From NCBI GenBank assembly GCA_025594325.1, contig JANHCV010000010.1, positions 1,550,001-1,614,000 on the forward strand: DNA of 64,000 bases, given 5' to 3'. Positions 47,063-58,910 of the stretch are shown piece after piece. The notes under the pieces are model-generated. The model did not search any database and was not told where the DNA came from. It was given only the letters and a program-made list of their open reading frames with translations. This DNA comes from Blastocladiella emersonii ATCC 22665. Lineage: Eukaryota; Fungi; Blastocladiomycota. The translations under genes and the position numbers were made by a program. How positions within the stretch are numbered: position 1 is the first letter of the stretch; every line of letters starts with the position of its first letter.

Positions 47063-48963
47063 AGTAGCAAGGCTCGTGCGATTAACGCAAGGTGTGCAGG
47101 GAAGGAGCGACGACAGCGAGGCGGGAGCGGCCGGCGGTCACTTCATTGAGGGTCACCGAAGGTCACGTCGGGCCAGCACGGCCGAGATACATGAATTGCA
47201 GTCAGTCGCAGAGATTTTCAAGACCAATTGAGAACAGCAGCAGGGGAGGGGGGATGGACAAGTCGGAGCCGAGACGCGTCAGCCTCCGCCACGTGCGGCT
47301 GAAACGCGACGCGTTCCGCTGCACCAATGCGAATTGGATTCCACAGAGGGGCCACGCCAAGGTTTAGTATTGTCCTTTGAGAATATTTTATTTTATTCGA
47401 GCGCATTCCGCATCAGGTCGAGGATATGCAGGAACGCGCCGTGACTGGCGCGTCGATCTCGCGAACCCGTCAAAGATGCGCGCCGGCGACCAATTCGGGT
47501 TCCCCCGTCTCGCCACGCCCGAAACGGTTGTTGCGAGCCTCACTTATTCTTCGTTGACCCGTCGTCGACGCGACTCCGACGAGCCGTCCTGCTGATTGCC
47601 ATCGACTCGTTGCATGGATGCCGACGCACCTGTCCGTTCCAGCGATGTCTGTCGCCGCTCTCCCCCGATGCAAGACTTTAAGTCTCCAATCGGCTCGTCG
47701 CGGTGGGAATCGGTCGCGTGGATCCCGTGAAAAGGCCGCTCGCGCGATCAGCTCCTCCCGCCTCGGTTTTGTGAAGGAGCTGGGAGCTGGTCCCTCGGTC
47801 TGTGAAGCGCCGCGCGGGTGTTGCGCCGCGCGGTAAATGTTGGTGCGCGTCTTGATGATCGTTCGGTATCGTATACACACGGAGCTCGACGAGCGAGCAG
47901 TTTGTTTCGATGGGACAGTTCCCCAGAAGACTTGCGCAATCGTGGGACTTGGTTGTTAAGTACTGGCGTACTCGTAAGAGTAAGTTGGCATGAGAGCAGG
48001 CAGCGCGGGTAACCAGCCACCAGAGTTTCTACTCAACTAGCCGATGCGCAGGCGCTGCGTGGAATCGGAAGTACCCTGGTCGACGACCGCTGAGCCGACG
48101 CGATCGTGTCGAGCTCGCCGCGGCGCCTTGAGGGATGCCAGGCAAGTCCAGAAGGCCAGGACGCGGGTCCTCGATCAGCATGGATAGCGGAGCGAGTACA
48201 ACTCGGAGACAAGGACGCGATTGAGCAAGCAACGCCTCGACGACGAGATGGACATGACGGGGTTGAATGACCGGCGGATCGGACGGTTTGCCAGACTAAT
48301 ATCGCCTGTGCGGCGGTGGTCCTACGATGACTCGCTCGATCAAGGTGCGAGGGCGCGAGCCGAGCCGCGTCCGCCGGACACAGTTGCAGCGGCGTGGCGG
48401 TAGTGCATCCCAGGATGCCTCCTGTCCACGGACACGGAAAGAAAGGTAGAGACGCGCGAGCGGCACGAACGCGGACACCGGCGGCGCGCCGTGGGTGGCT
48501 CTTACGGCGGTTATAGCACTACTGCTGCACGACGGGACGCGCGGGAAGGCCCGAGGCCTACCGGAGCCTCGAGGCAACCGCGCGCGGGCCTGGCTGGACC
48601 GAGTCGATGGGTGAGTCGACGGAAGGCAAGAACGACTCGCACGCCATCGGACCAGCGACCAAGGCTCACCTCAGCAGCGCGATCGTGGGCAAGGCCGCCC
48701 CGCCGCCACTCGAGCGAGACTCGGGCTCGGGGCTCGGGGCTCGGGGCTCACCCAGCTCGCGGCGGGTGCGGCAAGTTTCATGGGTGCTCGTGAGCTGCAT
48801 GTGCTGCGGGAAGTGGTGGGAGGGAGAAGCGAGTCGCTGGCGTTCACCGCGGCGTGCTGCATCGCCCGCCCGCCTCCTCTCAGCAAGGAAGAGAACAAGC
48901 AAGACGAGGAGGCAGCGGGATAGTCGCAAGTGTGGATAAATTAGGCACGAGGGACGAGGGACG

Positions 48964-49003
48964 AGGGTAGGGTATGGTAGAGTAGGGTAGGGTAGGGTAT
49001 GGT
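48964..49003 (+). repeat. Degenerate (TAGGG)n pentamer tract
   Basis: AGGGTAGGGTATGGTAGAGTAGGGTAGGGTAGGGTATGGT. Confidence 0.85.
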
Positions 49004-49076
49004 CGGGTCGAGGGGGTATGGCAGACAAATGACAACCAGAAGAGCACGACGACCGCCGCCGCCGCCTCGACGGGGC

Positions 49077-49654
49077 TCACTCAGCCGCCGAAATCGACGT
49101 CGCGGCCGAGCTCGACGAACTCGACGCCGTGGTGGCGATCTCGAACGGGCACTGACGGACAAAGTCGCGCACGTCGACGGGCATGGCCCCGCACACGCCC
49201 TGCAGGTACTTGGCGAGCTGCGTGACCACCTTGGCGGCCGTGAGGGCGGGCGTCGACCCGATCTGGCCCGCGTCGGCAGCCTCGTCGGCCCCGTCGGCGG
49301 CGAACTCGGGGGCCACGATCACGTTGGCATGCGCGGCGGCGCCCGAGTCCTCAATCAGGACCATGAGCATGTGGTCGTGCGCGTAGGGCCACGCGAGCAC
49401 CTTGGCGGGGCTCTTGACCAGGACGCCCCCGGGCTCCTTGGACGTTGCGTACTCGCCACCGGCGGCCCAGTAGTACGGGACGCGCGCCATGGCGAAGCGC
49501 GCGCCCAGCCGGCGGGACAGGCACCGCTTGGCCGCGCCCTCGTCCATGGCGGCGGTCCACACCCCCACGTTACACAGGCCGCTGTCGGTGACCGCCTCGA
49601 CAAAGTGTCGGAGGTGCTTGTCCGAGACGTTGCGGAACAGCTTGCTCCACGGGT
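49077..49654 (-). pseudogene. 5'-truncated NIF/FCP1-like (HAD) phosphatase-domain fragment
   Basis: After a CTGAC...TAG acceptor: LRHFVEAV...VGVWTAAM...KSPAKV...VLIEDS...ANVIVAPEF, resembling the C-terminal part of an FCP1-homology domain. No upstream DLDxT motif found. Confidence 0.4.
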
Positions 49655-50194
49655 CTAGACGGGGCGATGGCGAGGACGAGCGGGTCAGCCGTCCGGTCCT
49701 GGGCGCGCGTGGACGAGGCGGGAGTCACGCGCGGGTCGAGGGCGTAGTAGAGCGACCGGAGAGCGCGCGGGGCGCCGATGTGGGTCACTCGGAGTGATCG
49801 CGGAATTGTCTCGCGGCTGCTCACGTGGTAGGCCGAGACGCGTCTCCCGTCTCCCTGTTTTCTCCGCCACGCGTCTCCCTTCTCGCACTCAACCGGGTCG
49901 AAAATTTGCGAGCGAGAGCGAGAGCAACAGCGGCGAGTGGAGCATGCCCGCCCGTCCCCACGCGTTGCACCAAGAGACGATACGAGCCTGGGCATCGCGG
50001 CACGCACCGCGGCGGGGCACCCGCCCGCGCTCGCCCCTCCTCCTCGCCTCGATCCGAGCCGAAAGCTGTGCTCCTCGCCACCCACCGCACACCACTCTAT
50101 GACATCGACCCAATCACGCTGCTTCAGCCTCGCCGCCACCGCCAGCGAGTGCGGTCCGCCGACGGCGACGCGTCCGCATCGAGCCACCCTTGCG

Positions 50195-52345
50195 ACATGG
50201 CGGGCATGAGCTCCGGCCGGCCGCGCAGCTCGCGGTTAAGTCCTCGGTCGCGGTCGACAACGAGGTACGCCTCGTCCGCGGGCAACTCACGCTCGGTGAT
50301 CCGTGTAGACTCTCGAGAACATCATCCGCGCCATCCGCACCACCCTCCAGCTCTTCACGATCGGCTCGCGGTACGGGATCGGGATCGGGATCGCGGCCAC
50401 ACTCGCTCGACGTGCATGCCCGACACGCCTTCAGAGTACGCACTGCCCTCCTGGCACGTGTCGGGAATATCGGCGAGCTATATTCATAGCGTCGGGTGTC
50501 GGGCGACTGGTCGCGCGGTCCCGCGCCACGAGCCGGGCTCGGCAGTGGCGGCGGGCAAGCAGTTCACGGTCGACTTCCTTGGTCACGGTCAACAATAAAG
50601 TACGCTTCTCTCGGCCCGCTGTTGTCGTCGCGCTCGGGCAAGGCAACTCACACTCGCTTGCGCCGACAGGTTCCCAAGCTCTCCGCGCCAGGTCGCCGCC
50701 AGCAACAAGTTCACGGATCAGCGTCAAGTCCGAGACCCGGCGCACGCGGCCATCGCGCCTCAACCAAGGTATGCGCGTCCTGACCTGGCCTCTCCGTGAT
50801 CCATCCTTCAACTGACACCCGTGTGCTGTGTAGATACACCAAGTTTGGCGCGTCAACAAGTCGTGCCCGCCCAGGTCGTCGTTGGTCCTCAACGTGCCCA
50901 AGCACCGCGAGTTCTAGGTGCCGGCCGCGTCTCGCTCGCCCTCAAGTTCCTCGTCATCGTCACCCATCAAGCATCAAGTCGTCAAGCCCCTCCTCCTCCT
51001 CCTCCTCCTCCTCAAGCATCAACCATCATGTCGTCAAGCCCCCGGTTTCGCGCTCTTCCTCGCCGCCAAGGTCGTTGCGATCGACCATCCTCGACGGGTA
51101 TCATGTGCTCTGATATCATCACTTGTCGCGTCATAAACACACTTCCGTCGTCACAAACGCGCTCTACTTGTGCGACCCAATCAGTAACTTGCCGCGGCGG
51201 CGATCCGCCCGTCGCCGTCGTCAGAAGCCCTTCCGCAGGTGGCCTTGGTGAGACATCCGATCGCCTGCCTGCAGCTCGCGAAGCTATCGACCGCGTCGCT
51301 CCGTCCCGAGGGCGAGAACGAAGGACGCGTTGCGCCACATCCGACACGGCCGCGATTCAAGTGGCAGGACGCCCGGTCGCCGTCGCGTTGATCAATCAGC
51401 CTTGAGCGCCGCCGCTCTCGTCCTCCTGCTCTCCCTCAACTAGCAACTAGGCTCCCTCCATGTATCTCTGCGCGAAACAACTAAACGCAACACACCCTGC
51501 AACATGACGGCGGCTGCTCCTCGCAAAGGCAGGCTGCCGCCGAGCGCGGCAGCGTGCTGTGTGAGCGCCGCCTCCTCGACGAGCTCGACTGGGACCTGAT
51601 CCACTTTGACCACCTCCACGTCGCCGTGTCCCCCAACGGGATCTTCCATCGGTTCGCCCGTTACTTATGTCCAGCAGACTCGATGTGGGGTGCTGACCTC
51701 GGGTCCCATGCCCAGGCGCCGCGCGTAACGAGGCCAAGCCGCACTTTGCCGTCCGTGCCACCACCACCATGTCGGTTCCCCTCGCCATCTACTCGGCCAA
51801 GGGCGATCTCGTACGTGCGCAACCGTGGGGCCGTGAGCGCGCGTCCATTGTCAAGCTCGGGTGGGCCGACGACGAGCGGCTCGTCGTGCTGCTCAACGAC
51901 GCGACCGTTCGGCTGTACCCGCTGTCCGGCGACCCGGCCGTGTTCTCCCTCGGCGAGGTACTCAACGTTTGGCACTCGTTCATGCGTCACGACCTGCTCT
52001 AACGGACCTTCTTTGGACGAGTAGGAGGTCAAGGACAGCGGGATTCACTCGGCCGAGATCTGGCCAAGCGGGCTTGCGGTGCTGACCAAAGCGGCCAACC
52101 AGTTTGTGCCGTGCGTGGTTCGGTCCTGGTGCGACCAATGTTCGCGCGTCTGCTGCCACTTTGGTACGATCTACCGCCGCATTCGATACTCCGACATGAT
52201 CGCTGAGCTTCAGCTCGTGCGTAGGGCTTGCCGCCCTGCCCAGCTGCTGGAGCTACACGCCCGAGGCCATCATCACCACCTCGGGGTCCGTCGAGCCTCG
52301 TCGCGCAGACGCTCAACTCGGTCAAGGTGATCAGATCGACCTCGA
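50195..52345 (+). repeat. Inverted segmental duplicate of about 19130-21245 (part of the exon-intron array, the VPS16 promoter and the VPS16 5' exons)
   Basis: Reverse-complement comparison by eye shows near identity over 50330-50900 and lower identity over 50950-52345. Introns 50265-50308, 50600-50669 and 50769-50833 are retained. Confidence 0.92.
51504..52345 (+). pseudogene. VPS16: VPS16 5' fragment pseudogene
   Basis: ATGACGGCGGCTGC... homologous to VPS16 exons 1-3 (ELDWDL.HFDHLHVAVS, KLGWADDERLVVLLNDATVRLYP). An early frameshift leads to TGA, there are further indels, and it ends in exon 3. Confidence 0.88.
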
Positions 52346-52577
52346 GAATTTGATCTCAACCGCGCTTCATCACCGTGGCCGCGAGACTGGTTGATTGCCT
52401 CCATTGACTGCGCCAGTTCCCGCGGTCAGCCGCCGGCGGATGCTCACCACCGCTCGCCCACTCACGGCCGAATCGTTCATTGTCCAGGGTTACCGACTCT
52501 CGGTGGCTCAAGAGCCGTGCTCTCGAGCAGCTGACCCCGTCGTCCATCAAGTCGTGCGCGGCGGTGGCGAGTCCAAG

Positions 52578-52906
52578 GCGTTCAAGTGTCATTGATTGAC
52601 GAGAAGCCGCACCCGGTCCTCAAGCGCCAGGGCGACAACCTCGTCGTCGCGCTCGACCTGTCGCTCGCCGAGGCCCTGACGGGGATTGCCCGCGTCGTCA
52701 AGACGCTCGACGTCCGCAACCTCAAGATCGCGTCCGACAAGGTGTTGGCGCACGGCCAGACGATGCGGTTCCGCGGCGAGGGCATGCCCGTGTCCACGTC
52801 GCCCGGCGCCAGCGGCGAACTCGTCGTCAACATCACCGTCAAGTTCCCCGCGGCTGTCCCCGAGGCCAAGAAGGACGAGATCCGCCGCGCCCTCGCGGGC
52901 CTGTGA
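52578..52906 (+). pseudogene. Hsp40/DnaJ type II (Sis1-like) C-terminal-domain fragment without a J domain
   Basis: VIDEKPHPVLKRQGDNL...LSLAEALTG...GEGMP...GELVVNITVKFP. No J domain or HPD motif upstream; a 4-nt ATTG duplication sits at the left edge. Confidence 0.8.
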
Positions 52907-54629
52907 TCTGGCTCTCGTTCTCGCACCCAACCCACTCGATGATTGTACATATGTATGAACAGGGCGCCCGCGATGATTGAGATTCTTTCTTTTCCGCACC
53001 TTGACCGTGGAACCTTCCGTGGAACTCGAATCTCGGGGCTCGGGGCTCCGAGCAGCACCGTGGCGGACTCGAGAGTCCTTCTGCTGCCCTAACCGCACAC
53101 TACTCGAACCAAACCATGAAGACTGTGAATGTAATAACCTGCCATATTATGCTTCTTGCGTAAACCTTTATGCTGCTCGAAAGTAAAGCGACTCGGAGGT
53201 GCGTGCTGGCGAGTCGCCCGCACACTTGTCCGAACCTGTGTGTCCATGGCGCCTTCATCTACCCGTATGTGGGCTAGCGAACCGCTGCATCGGACAGCAC
53301 TCGACGGCTTGCTCAAACGCCGCTGCATCCCGGGTAGGTCTCGATGTCCTGCGCCACGCCTCGGTTGACGTGCTGCCTGCCCTCCATGGAGCGCGGCGTT
53401 TGGCGACTCGGCCGTGAACCGCATCACGTTCATGTGGCGGTACACACGGTTGAGCCCGCAAACCGTTCCGCGGTGGCCAGATCTTCTCTCGTTCAAGGGC
53501 CTCAATAGCGGCTTCACCGTACGCTTGCTACGAGGCTGAACTAGTGGAGCACCAGCGCCAGGACGACGAGGACGCGGTCAGCGCGGATCAGGCGCTGGAC
53601 AAGACGTCTTTGCTGTGATCATGACCCGTGGCCCGCGTCACGAGCGTGTCGTCAGGCAACACAAACTGCGGACCCGAAAGATGCACGGCCATCCTCGCTT
53701 TCCCTCAAGCACACTTTTCCTGGAACGGGTCTGCATTATGGCCAACGAACCATAAAACAGCCCGCCCATTGAATTTGAAGGATAAATATAGGAAATCCGC
53801 GGTAATGTGACGCTCCTCAGACACGGACTCAAGCACGAGGAGGCCAGTTACGACGCAGTTGTGAGACCATACAAAAAGTAAAGGCTGGCTAGCACTTGCC
53901 ACACGAGACCAAACTATTTGGGAAGCGTGTGGGTTCGTGAGTGTGGCCTCGACCATGCTCTGGCGAACTATTGATTTAAAAGATGGCACTTACATATACT
54001 AAGATTATTGAAACAAAAGGCCTTCGATCTTGCTGAGCAACAAGACTAATGAGCTTCGTGAGGCGGCGGGCGTTGAGCCGGGGCCTTCTTTGCCCAGATT
54101 TGCCCTTGTCCAAGGTCGGGGCATGAGTTGAGCGGTTAAGATGGGAGTTACACGCGACACGGCAGAGGAGGAGCTGGCGACAGTTCGACACAGTCAACAG
54201 GCTAAATAAGATGGTTCGTTTGAACCGTAACCTTAGCCCGATCGCCTTCGATGCCCTCTGCCCTCGCGCCCGCCCCCCGCACTGAGACGAAAAGCGCCGC
54301 TGATATCCTTTTGGTTTTCCTAGGCATTTCTTTTGCCATTTCTTTTCAGTTGCACGAAGTTGCGCCTTCAGCCCGACCGCGGGAGACGGCGAGGGGCAGA
54401 GAGGAGACGCGTCGCGAAAATGCGTGATCACCCACGTGACGTGCGAGACACTTTTCGGACGCGTCTCTGACGCCAGTTCCCTTGCTGACGCTCGTCCGCG
54501 ACACGACGGGATACAAGTGAGAGTGCAACGACCTGTATTCCACATTCTTCTTTTTCTTATCATTCCATTTCATGACCGAGACCGCGGATATCTAGGCGAT
54601 GCGGCCACCGTCGAGTCGCGCGCGGTCCG

Positions 54630-56309
54630 CTACGCGGCGGCGGTGTCGATCTTGGGCGACGCGGCGGCGGCGTGCGGGTTAACGCCGGCGAGTGGCACGG
54701 CGTCCTCGTCCTCGACGAGCGGGAACATGTCGTCAGCCACGTTCTCGGCGATACGCGTAGCGGCGGGGGCGACCTGCTTGGCGAGGCGGTGGCGTAGCAG
54801 GGCGTCGCGGACCTCGTCGACGGTCTGGTCCACGAGGCCGCGGACCTCGTCCACCTTCTGGTCGACGAGCGAGCGCTTCTCGCGCAGGACCTCGAGGGCG
54901 CGCGCGAAATCGGTTTCCGAGGACCGGCGCTCGAGGAAGGCGACGATCGGGTCGTGGTCGCGCAGGTGCGCGCTCGACGTCAGGTGGCCGTACCAGCGCC
55001 ACGCGCGGTGCGACAGGTGGAAGCCGATGAGGATGTCGATGGTGTAGTGGTAGCGCATGGCGAGCAGCGAGACGATGCCGCAGAGGGCGATGGCCCAGAT
55101 GGTGCGCTGGACCCAGGGGCGCTGCGGGCCGTAGTCGGTCCAGACCATGGCCATGAGGGTGAGCATGACCGTGTGGCCCGAGAAGACGAGGTCGTTGCAC
55201 GTGTCGGGCCACAGCGGGTGGACGGGCGCGAAGATGCTCTCCTTGGGCGGGCGGTTGCGGCACCGCTCCTGCGGGTCGGGCAGCGTGGTGCTGACGATGG
55301 TCAAGGACCGGAACAGGAGCAGGGTGCCGTGGACGTAGAGGAAGCGGCGGATCAGGCCGAGGCGGTGCTTGTGGCGCAGAACCAGCGACACGGTCAGGAC
55401 CAGCAGCGTGATGATAAAGTAGTCGGGCAGGTGCGGGATGGCGAGATGTGGGACCAGGTCGTGGCCGAGGTCGGGCAGCACGGCGGTGGAGGGGATGTTG
55501 CGGGCAAAGAGCTCGGCGCGGCGCAGGTCGGCGAGGTTGCAGAAGATGATGTTGATCCAGCCGCAGATGAGGTAGAAGACTAGTTGCTGGGGCGGTCAGC
55601 GACTTAATCGATGGGGTGTACACCAGCGTAGCGTACCGAGACTGATGAGCAGCCGCCGCTTGCCGTGCTTCTCGACCTGGACGTCGGCGAGCCAGCTGAG
55701 CCAGCCCAGCTGCTCCTCGCGCTCGCGCAGGAACGGGAAGGCGTGGACGAGCGGCACCGACTCGGTGCCCGGCGACATGGTGCCCGGCAGGCCCATGCCG
55801 GACGCGGACGAGGGCCCGAGCATGGGGGTGAGCGGGACGGCCTTGGGGTTCATCTCGTAGCCGCGGGCGCCCGTGGACCGGTACGCGGCGCGCTGCGAGA
55901 GGCGGCGGGCGGACGCCGGGTCGTAGCCCGAGGCGTACGCGGCCTTTTCGGACGGCCGGCCGTTGGCTGCGGCGCCGGGCGCGTGCGGCGGGAGGGCCCC
56001 GTCGACGAGCGGGGCCGACTCGGAGAGATCGTCGACGAGATGTTCATCGTCATCGTCATCGTCATCGCCCAGCAGCCCATGGTTGTCGTCGGGCCCGATG
56101 TGGAAGTGGGCGCGCGCGCCGAGTGGAGGCAGGCCGGGCAGCGGGTCCGAGTGTGGCGGGACGGCGGGCACGGGCACCGGAGCGGGCGCCGGGTGTGCGG
56201 TGCCGAGATCCAGCGCGGGCGGACGCGAGCGAGAGCGGGACCGGGACCGCGACGGCGAGCGCGCGGGCGACGAGCCCTTGGACTTGCGGCCGCCGGGCTG
56301 GCTCGACAT
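54630..56309 (-). CDS. Sphingomyelin synthase family (SMS/SLS/IPCS-type PAP2-C) phosphosphingolipid synthase
   Basis: All four SMS motifs: LPDLGH, RRFLYVHGTLLLFRSLTIVSTTLP, CNDLVFSGHT and HYTIDI. Intron near 55585-55635. Confidence 0.88.
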
Positions 56310-56656
56310 GGTGCGGTACGGGTGGATAGCTGCGTGTAGTGGTGATGCGTAGCAAGGTGCGGTTCCCTGATCTGAGCGTTACATTGGCGGAGAGCAAGGG
56401 TTGCTCGCGCGTCTCCCCGGCTCGACTCGATGGCGCGCGCACCCCCAGGCCAGCGTGGCGCAGAGACGCGACGAACCGTCAGGTGACACTTGCGGCTGCC
56501 CCGTCCCACGTCGCTCGGCTCTCCGCACTCTCCGTCCCTCATCCACGCATCCCATCGCAACGAATTCAACCACGACTCGCCGCAACACGGCCAACCCACC
56601 TCGCTGCAACGCATCGACCCTTGCCCGCCCGCCCGGACCGCCATCTCGCCACCACC

Positions 56657-58168
56657 ATGGAGCGCGGATTCGAGGCCCCGATGATGGTCGACAGCGCGCC
56701 GTCGCGGCTCTCGTCGACTGCCCGCCCGCAGGACCAGGCCAGCGGTGCAAATCAGCCCGCCCCGCTGCTGTTTGGAACTGGCGGCATCCGCTCATCGGCG
56801 GCACCGTCGGGCGGCCGGCCCTCGGCCTTCGACTTCTCGTTCCGCCCATCGACGCAGCCAGCGAGCGCACAACCGCGGTCGGTTCGGCCAGAACCGCTCG
56901 CTGCGCCCGACTCGCCGCCGCTCCCGCCGCTCGCGCAGGCCGCTGCCCCCGACGCATCCGCGCGGCCTTCCCGGTCCCGCATCATCGCGCGCGATGACGG
57001 CAGCGGCAACTCGTCCGACGAGCCGACGCTCGAAATCTCCCTGTCGACGGCCGCGTCCGTGTTCCGCCGCATGACGCAGGCACTCGCGGGCACCCGCATC
57101 TCGAATGGCCCCGCGAGCCCGCGCCGGGCACGTCCATCGCCCGCCGACTCGCGCGCGCGCACCCGTCCATCAACATCAACGTCGACCGCCGTGGTGCATC
57201 ACTCAAAGCGGCGGCGGCGGTCCGAGGTGTTCACGAGCGACGACGAGGATGGCGGCGTCATCGAGGAGCTGCACTCGCCCATGTACTCGGCGCCGGCGCC
57301 GTCCTCGTACCCGCACGCCGCCGCCATGTACCACCCGTACCCCGTCCCCGTGTACGCGCCACCACCACCGGCCGCCTACTACCCGCACCACTCCCACCCC
57401 CACCCCCACCCCCACCACCCGGGCCTGCTCGCGTCGGCTGACCCCACGGACCAACCGCCCGCGCCAAGGTCGTCGTGGTGGGCGCTCGACGCGCCGGCGC
57501 TGCTCATGGGGTACCTGCAGCTGGCGTGGAACGCGGCGGCGGTGATCGCGCTGGGCGTCGTATGCTGGCAAGTGTACTCGTCGGTGCAGGCCGACGTGAC
57601 GCTGCGCAAGCACGAGGCGCTGTCGCGGCTCGGCATCGACATTGACGCGTGCCGCCGCCACTACGAGGCCAACCGGTGCGCCCCGGCCACGCGCGCGCCC
57701 GCCCTCAACGAGGTGTGCGCCGGGTGGGAATCGTGCATGGCGCGCGACCCGGACCGCGTCCCCTCGATGCACGCCGGCGCCGAGATGGTTGCCGAGGTGC
57801 TCGACGCCTTCGTCGCTAAGCTCTCGGTCAAGACCATGGCGTTCTGCGCCGGCGCTCTCGCCGTGTACCTGCTCGTCAACTGGATCTGCTCGTGCGCGCG
57901 CCGGACGGGCCGCCGCGACGTCGCGAATGTCGCGAGGGTGCCGCCGCCACCACCGGCAGTCGCGGCTGGGCCACCAGTAGTCGCGCCCGCGGGGGTCCCG
58001 GGCATGTACGGCCAGCACCACCACCACCTCACGCCTGGATCGCCCGTGGCACACCACCACCCGCAGATGGCCTACGGGTTCGGCGGCGGCGCCGGGATGC
58101 CGCAACTGCGGTCCGTGGGCGCGCCCGTGGGTCCGCTGGTTCACCGACGCCGAAACAATGGATACTGA
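56657..58168 (+). CDS. BRL1: Brl1/Brr6 nuclear envelope protein
   Basis: Two TM helices flanking CRRHYEANRCAPATRAPALNEVCAGWESCMARDP (four-cysteine Brr6/Brl1 domain), followed by AEMVAEVLDAF. Confidence 0.88.
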   Translation: MERGFEAPMMVDSAPSRLSSTARPQDQASGANQPAPLLFGTGGIRSSAAPSGGRPSAFDFSFRPSTQPASAQPRSVRPEPLAAPDSPPLPPLAQAAAPDASARPSRSRIIARDDGSGNSSDEPTLEISLSTAASVFRRMTQALAGTRISNGPASPRRARPSPADSRARTRPSTSTSTAVVHHSKRRRRSEVFTSDDEDGGVIEELHSPMYSAPAPSSYPHAAAMYHPYPVPVYAPPPPAAYYPHHSHPHPHPHHPGLLASADPTDQPPAPRSSWWALDAPALLMGYLQLAWNAAAVIALGVVCWQVYSSVQADVTLRKHEALSRLGIDIDACRRHYEANRCAPATRAPALNEVCAGWESCMARDPDRVPSMHAGAEMVAEVLDAFVAKLSVKTMAFCAGALAVYLLVNWICSCARRTGRRDVANVARVPPPPPAVAAGPPVVAPAGVPGMYGQHHHHLTPGSPVAHHHPQMAYGFGGGAGMPQLRSVGAPVGPLVHRRRNNGY

Positions 58169-58346
58169 GAGATGTTGTGGGTGGAGACCGAGTAGAGGTG
58201 TGTTTCAAACAAGCTGCGGAATATATATGCACGGACCAGACGCTCTCCAACCGACCGACGCGGCGTGCGGGACGGCAGGGGAGCAATCACAAGCGGAGAG
58301 AGGGAGGGGTTGATAATGACAAAGAGGCGGCGGGAACGGCGCTCGC

Positions 58347-58910
58347 TCAGTAGGCGTCCTGGCGGCCGGCAATGAAGTCAATGGCCTGCTTGACCGTGTG
58401 GATCGAGTCGGCGTCCTTGTCGGAGATCTCGATGGCGAACTCCTCCTCGATGGCCATGACCACCTCGACCGTGTCGAGCGAGTCGAGGCCGAGGTCCTTG
58501 TTGAAGTGCGACTCGGGGGTGACCTGGGCGAGGGATGGGGTTAGCGGGGTGTCGTGGGCGGGTTGCGGGAGCGCGTCGGAGGGGCAGCAGGCATCGCTCG
58601 ACCGATCGATTGAGCGAGCGAGCGAGCTGACGGCATCGCGTCGAATCGAATCGCAGCGAGCGACGCAGATGACCCTCGCGACCACGCGCACCCGCGGCAG
58701 CGGCGGGACAGCGTAACGCACCTCGACGTGGGACACCTTGTCGAAGCCGCGGATCAGGCTGAGGATGCGGGCCTCGATCTCGGCGCGCTCGAGGGCGCCG
58801 CTGGCGTAGTAGCGGGCCAGCATGGTCGGGGCCAGCGACCGGTTGGCGGCCGCGACGGCGGCGACGCGCAGGGGCTGGGCCTTGGGCAGGATCGAGCGCA
58901 GGGCGTACAT
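58347..58910 (-). CDS. ACP1: Mitochondrial acyl carrier protein (NDUFAB1)
   Basis: Presequence plus [20 protein letters not shown]. Intron 58524-58721 (198 nt). Confidence 0.96.
   Translation of the reverse strand: MYALRSILPKAQPLRVAAVAAANRSLAPTMLARYYASGALERAEIEARILSLIRGFDKVSHVEVRYAVPPLPRVRVVARVICVARCDSIRRDAVSSLARSIDRSSDACCPSDALPQPAHDTPLTPSLAQVTPESHFNKDLGLDSLDTVEVVMAIEEEFAIEISDKDADSIHTVKQAIDFIAGRQDAY

Noticed and set aside
53776-53850. Short words resembling SSU rRNA (CCGCGGTAAT; AGACACGG...GGAGGC)
   Set aside because: They are in the wrong order relative to rRNA and the flanks do not match, so likely chance.
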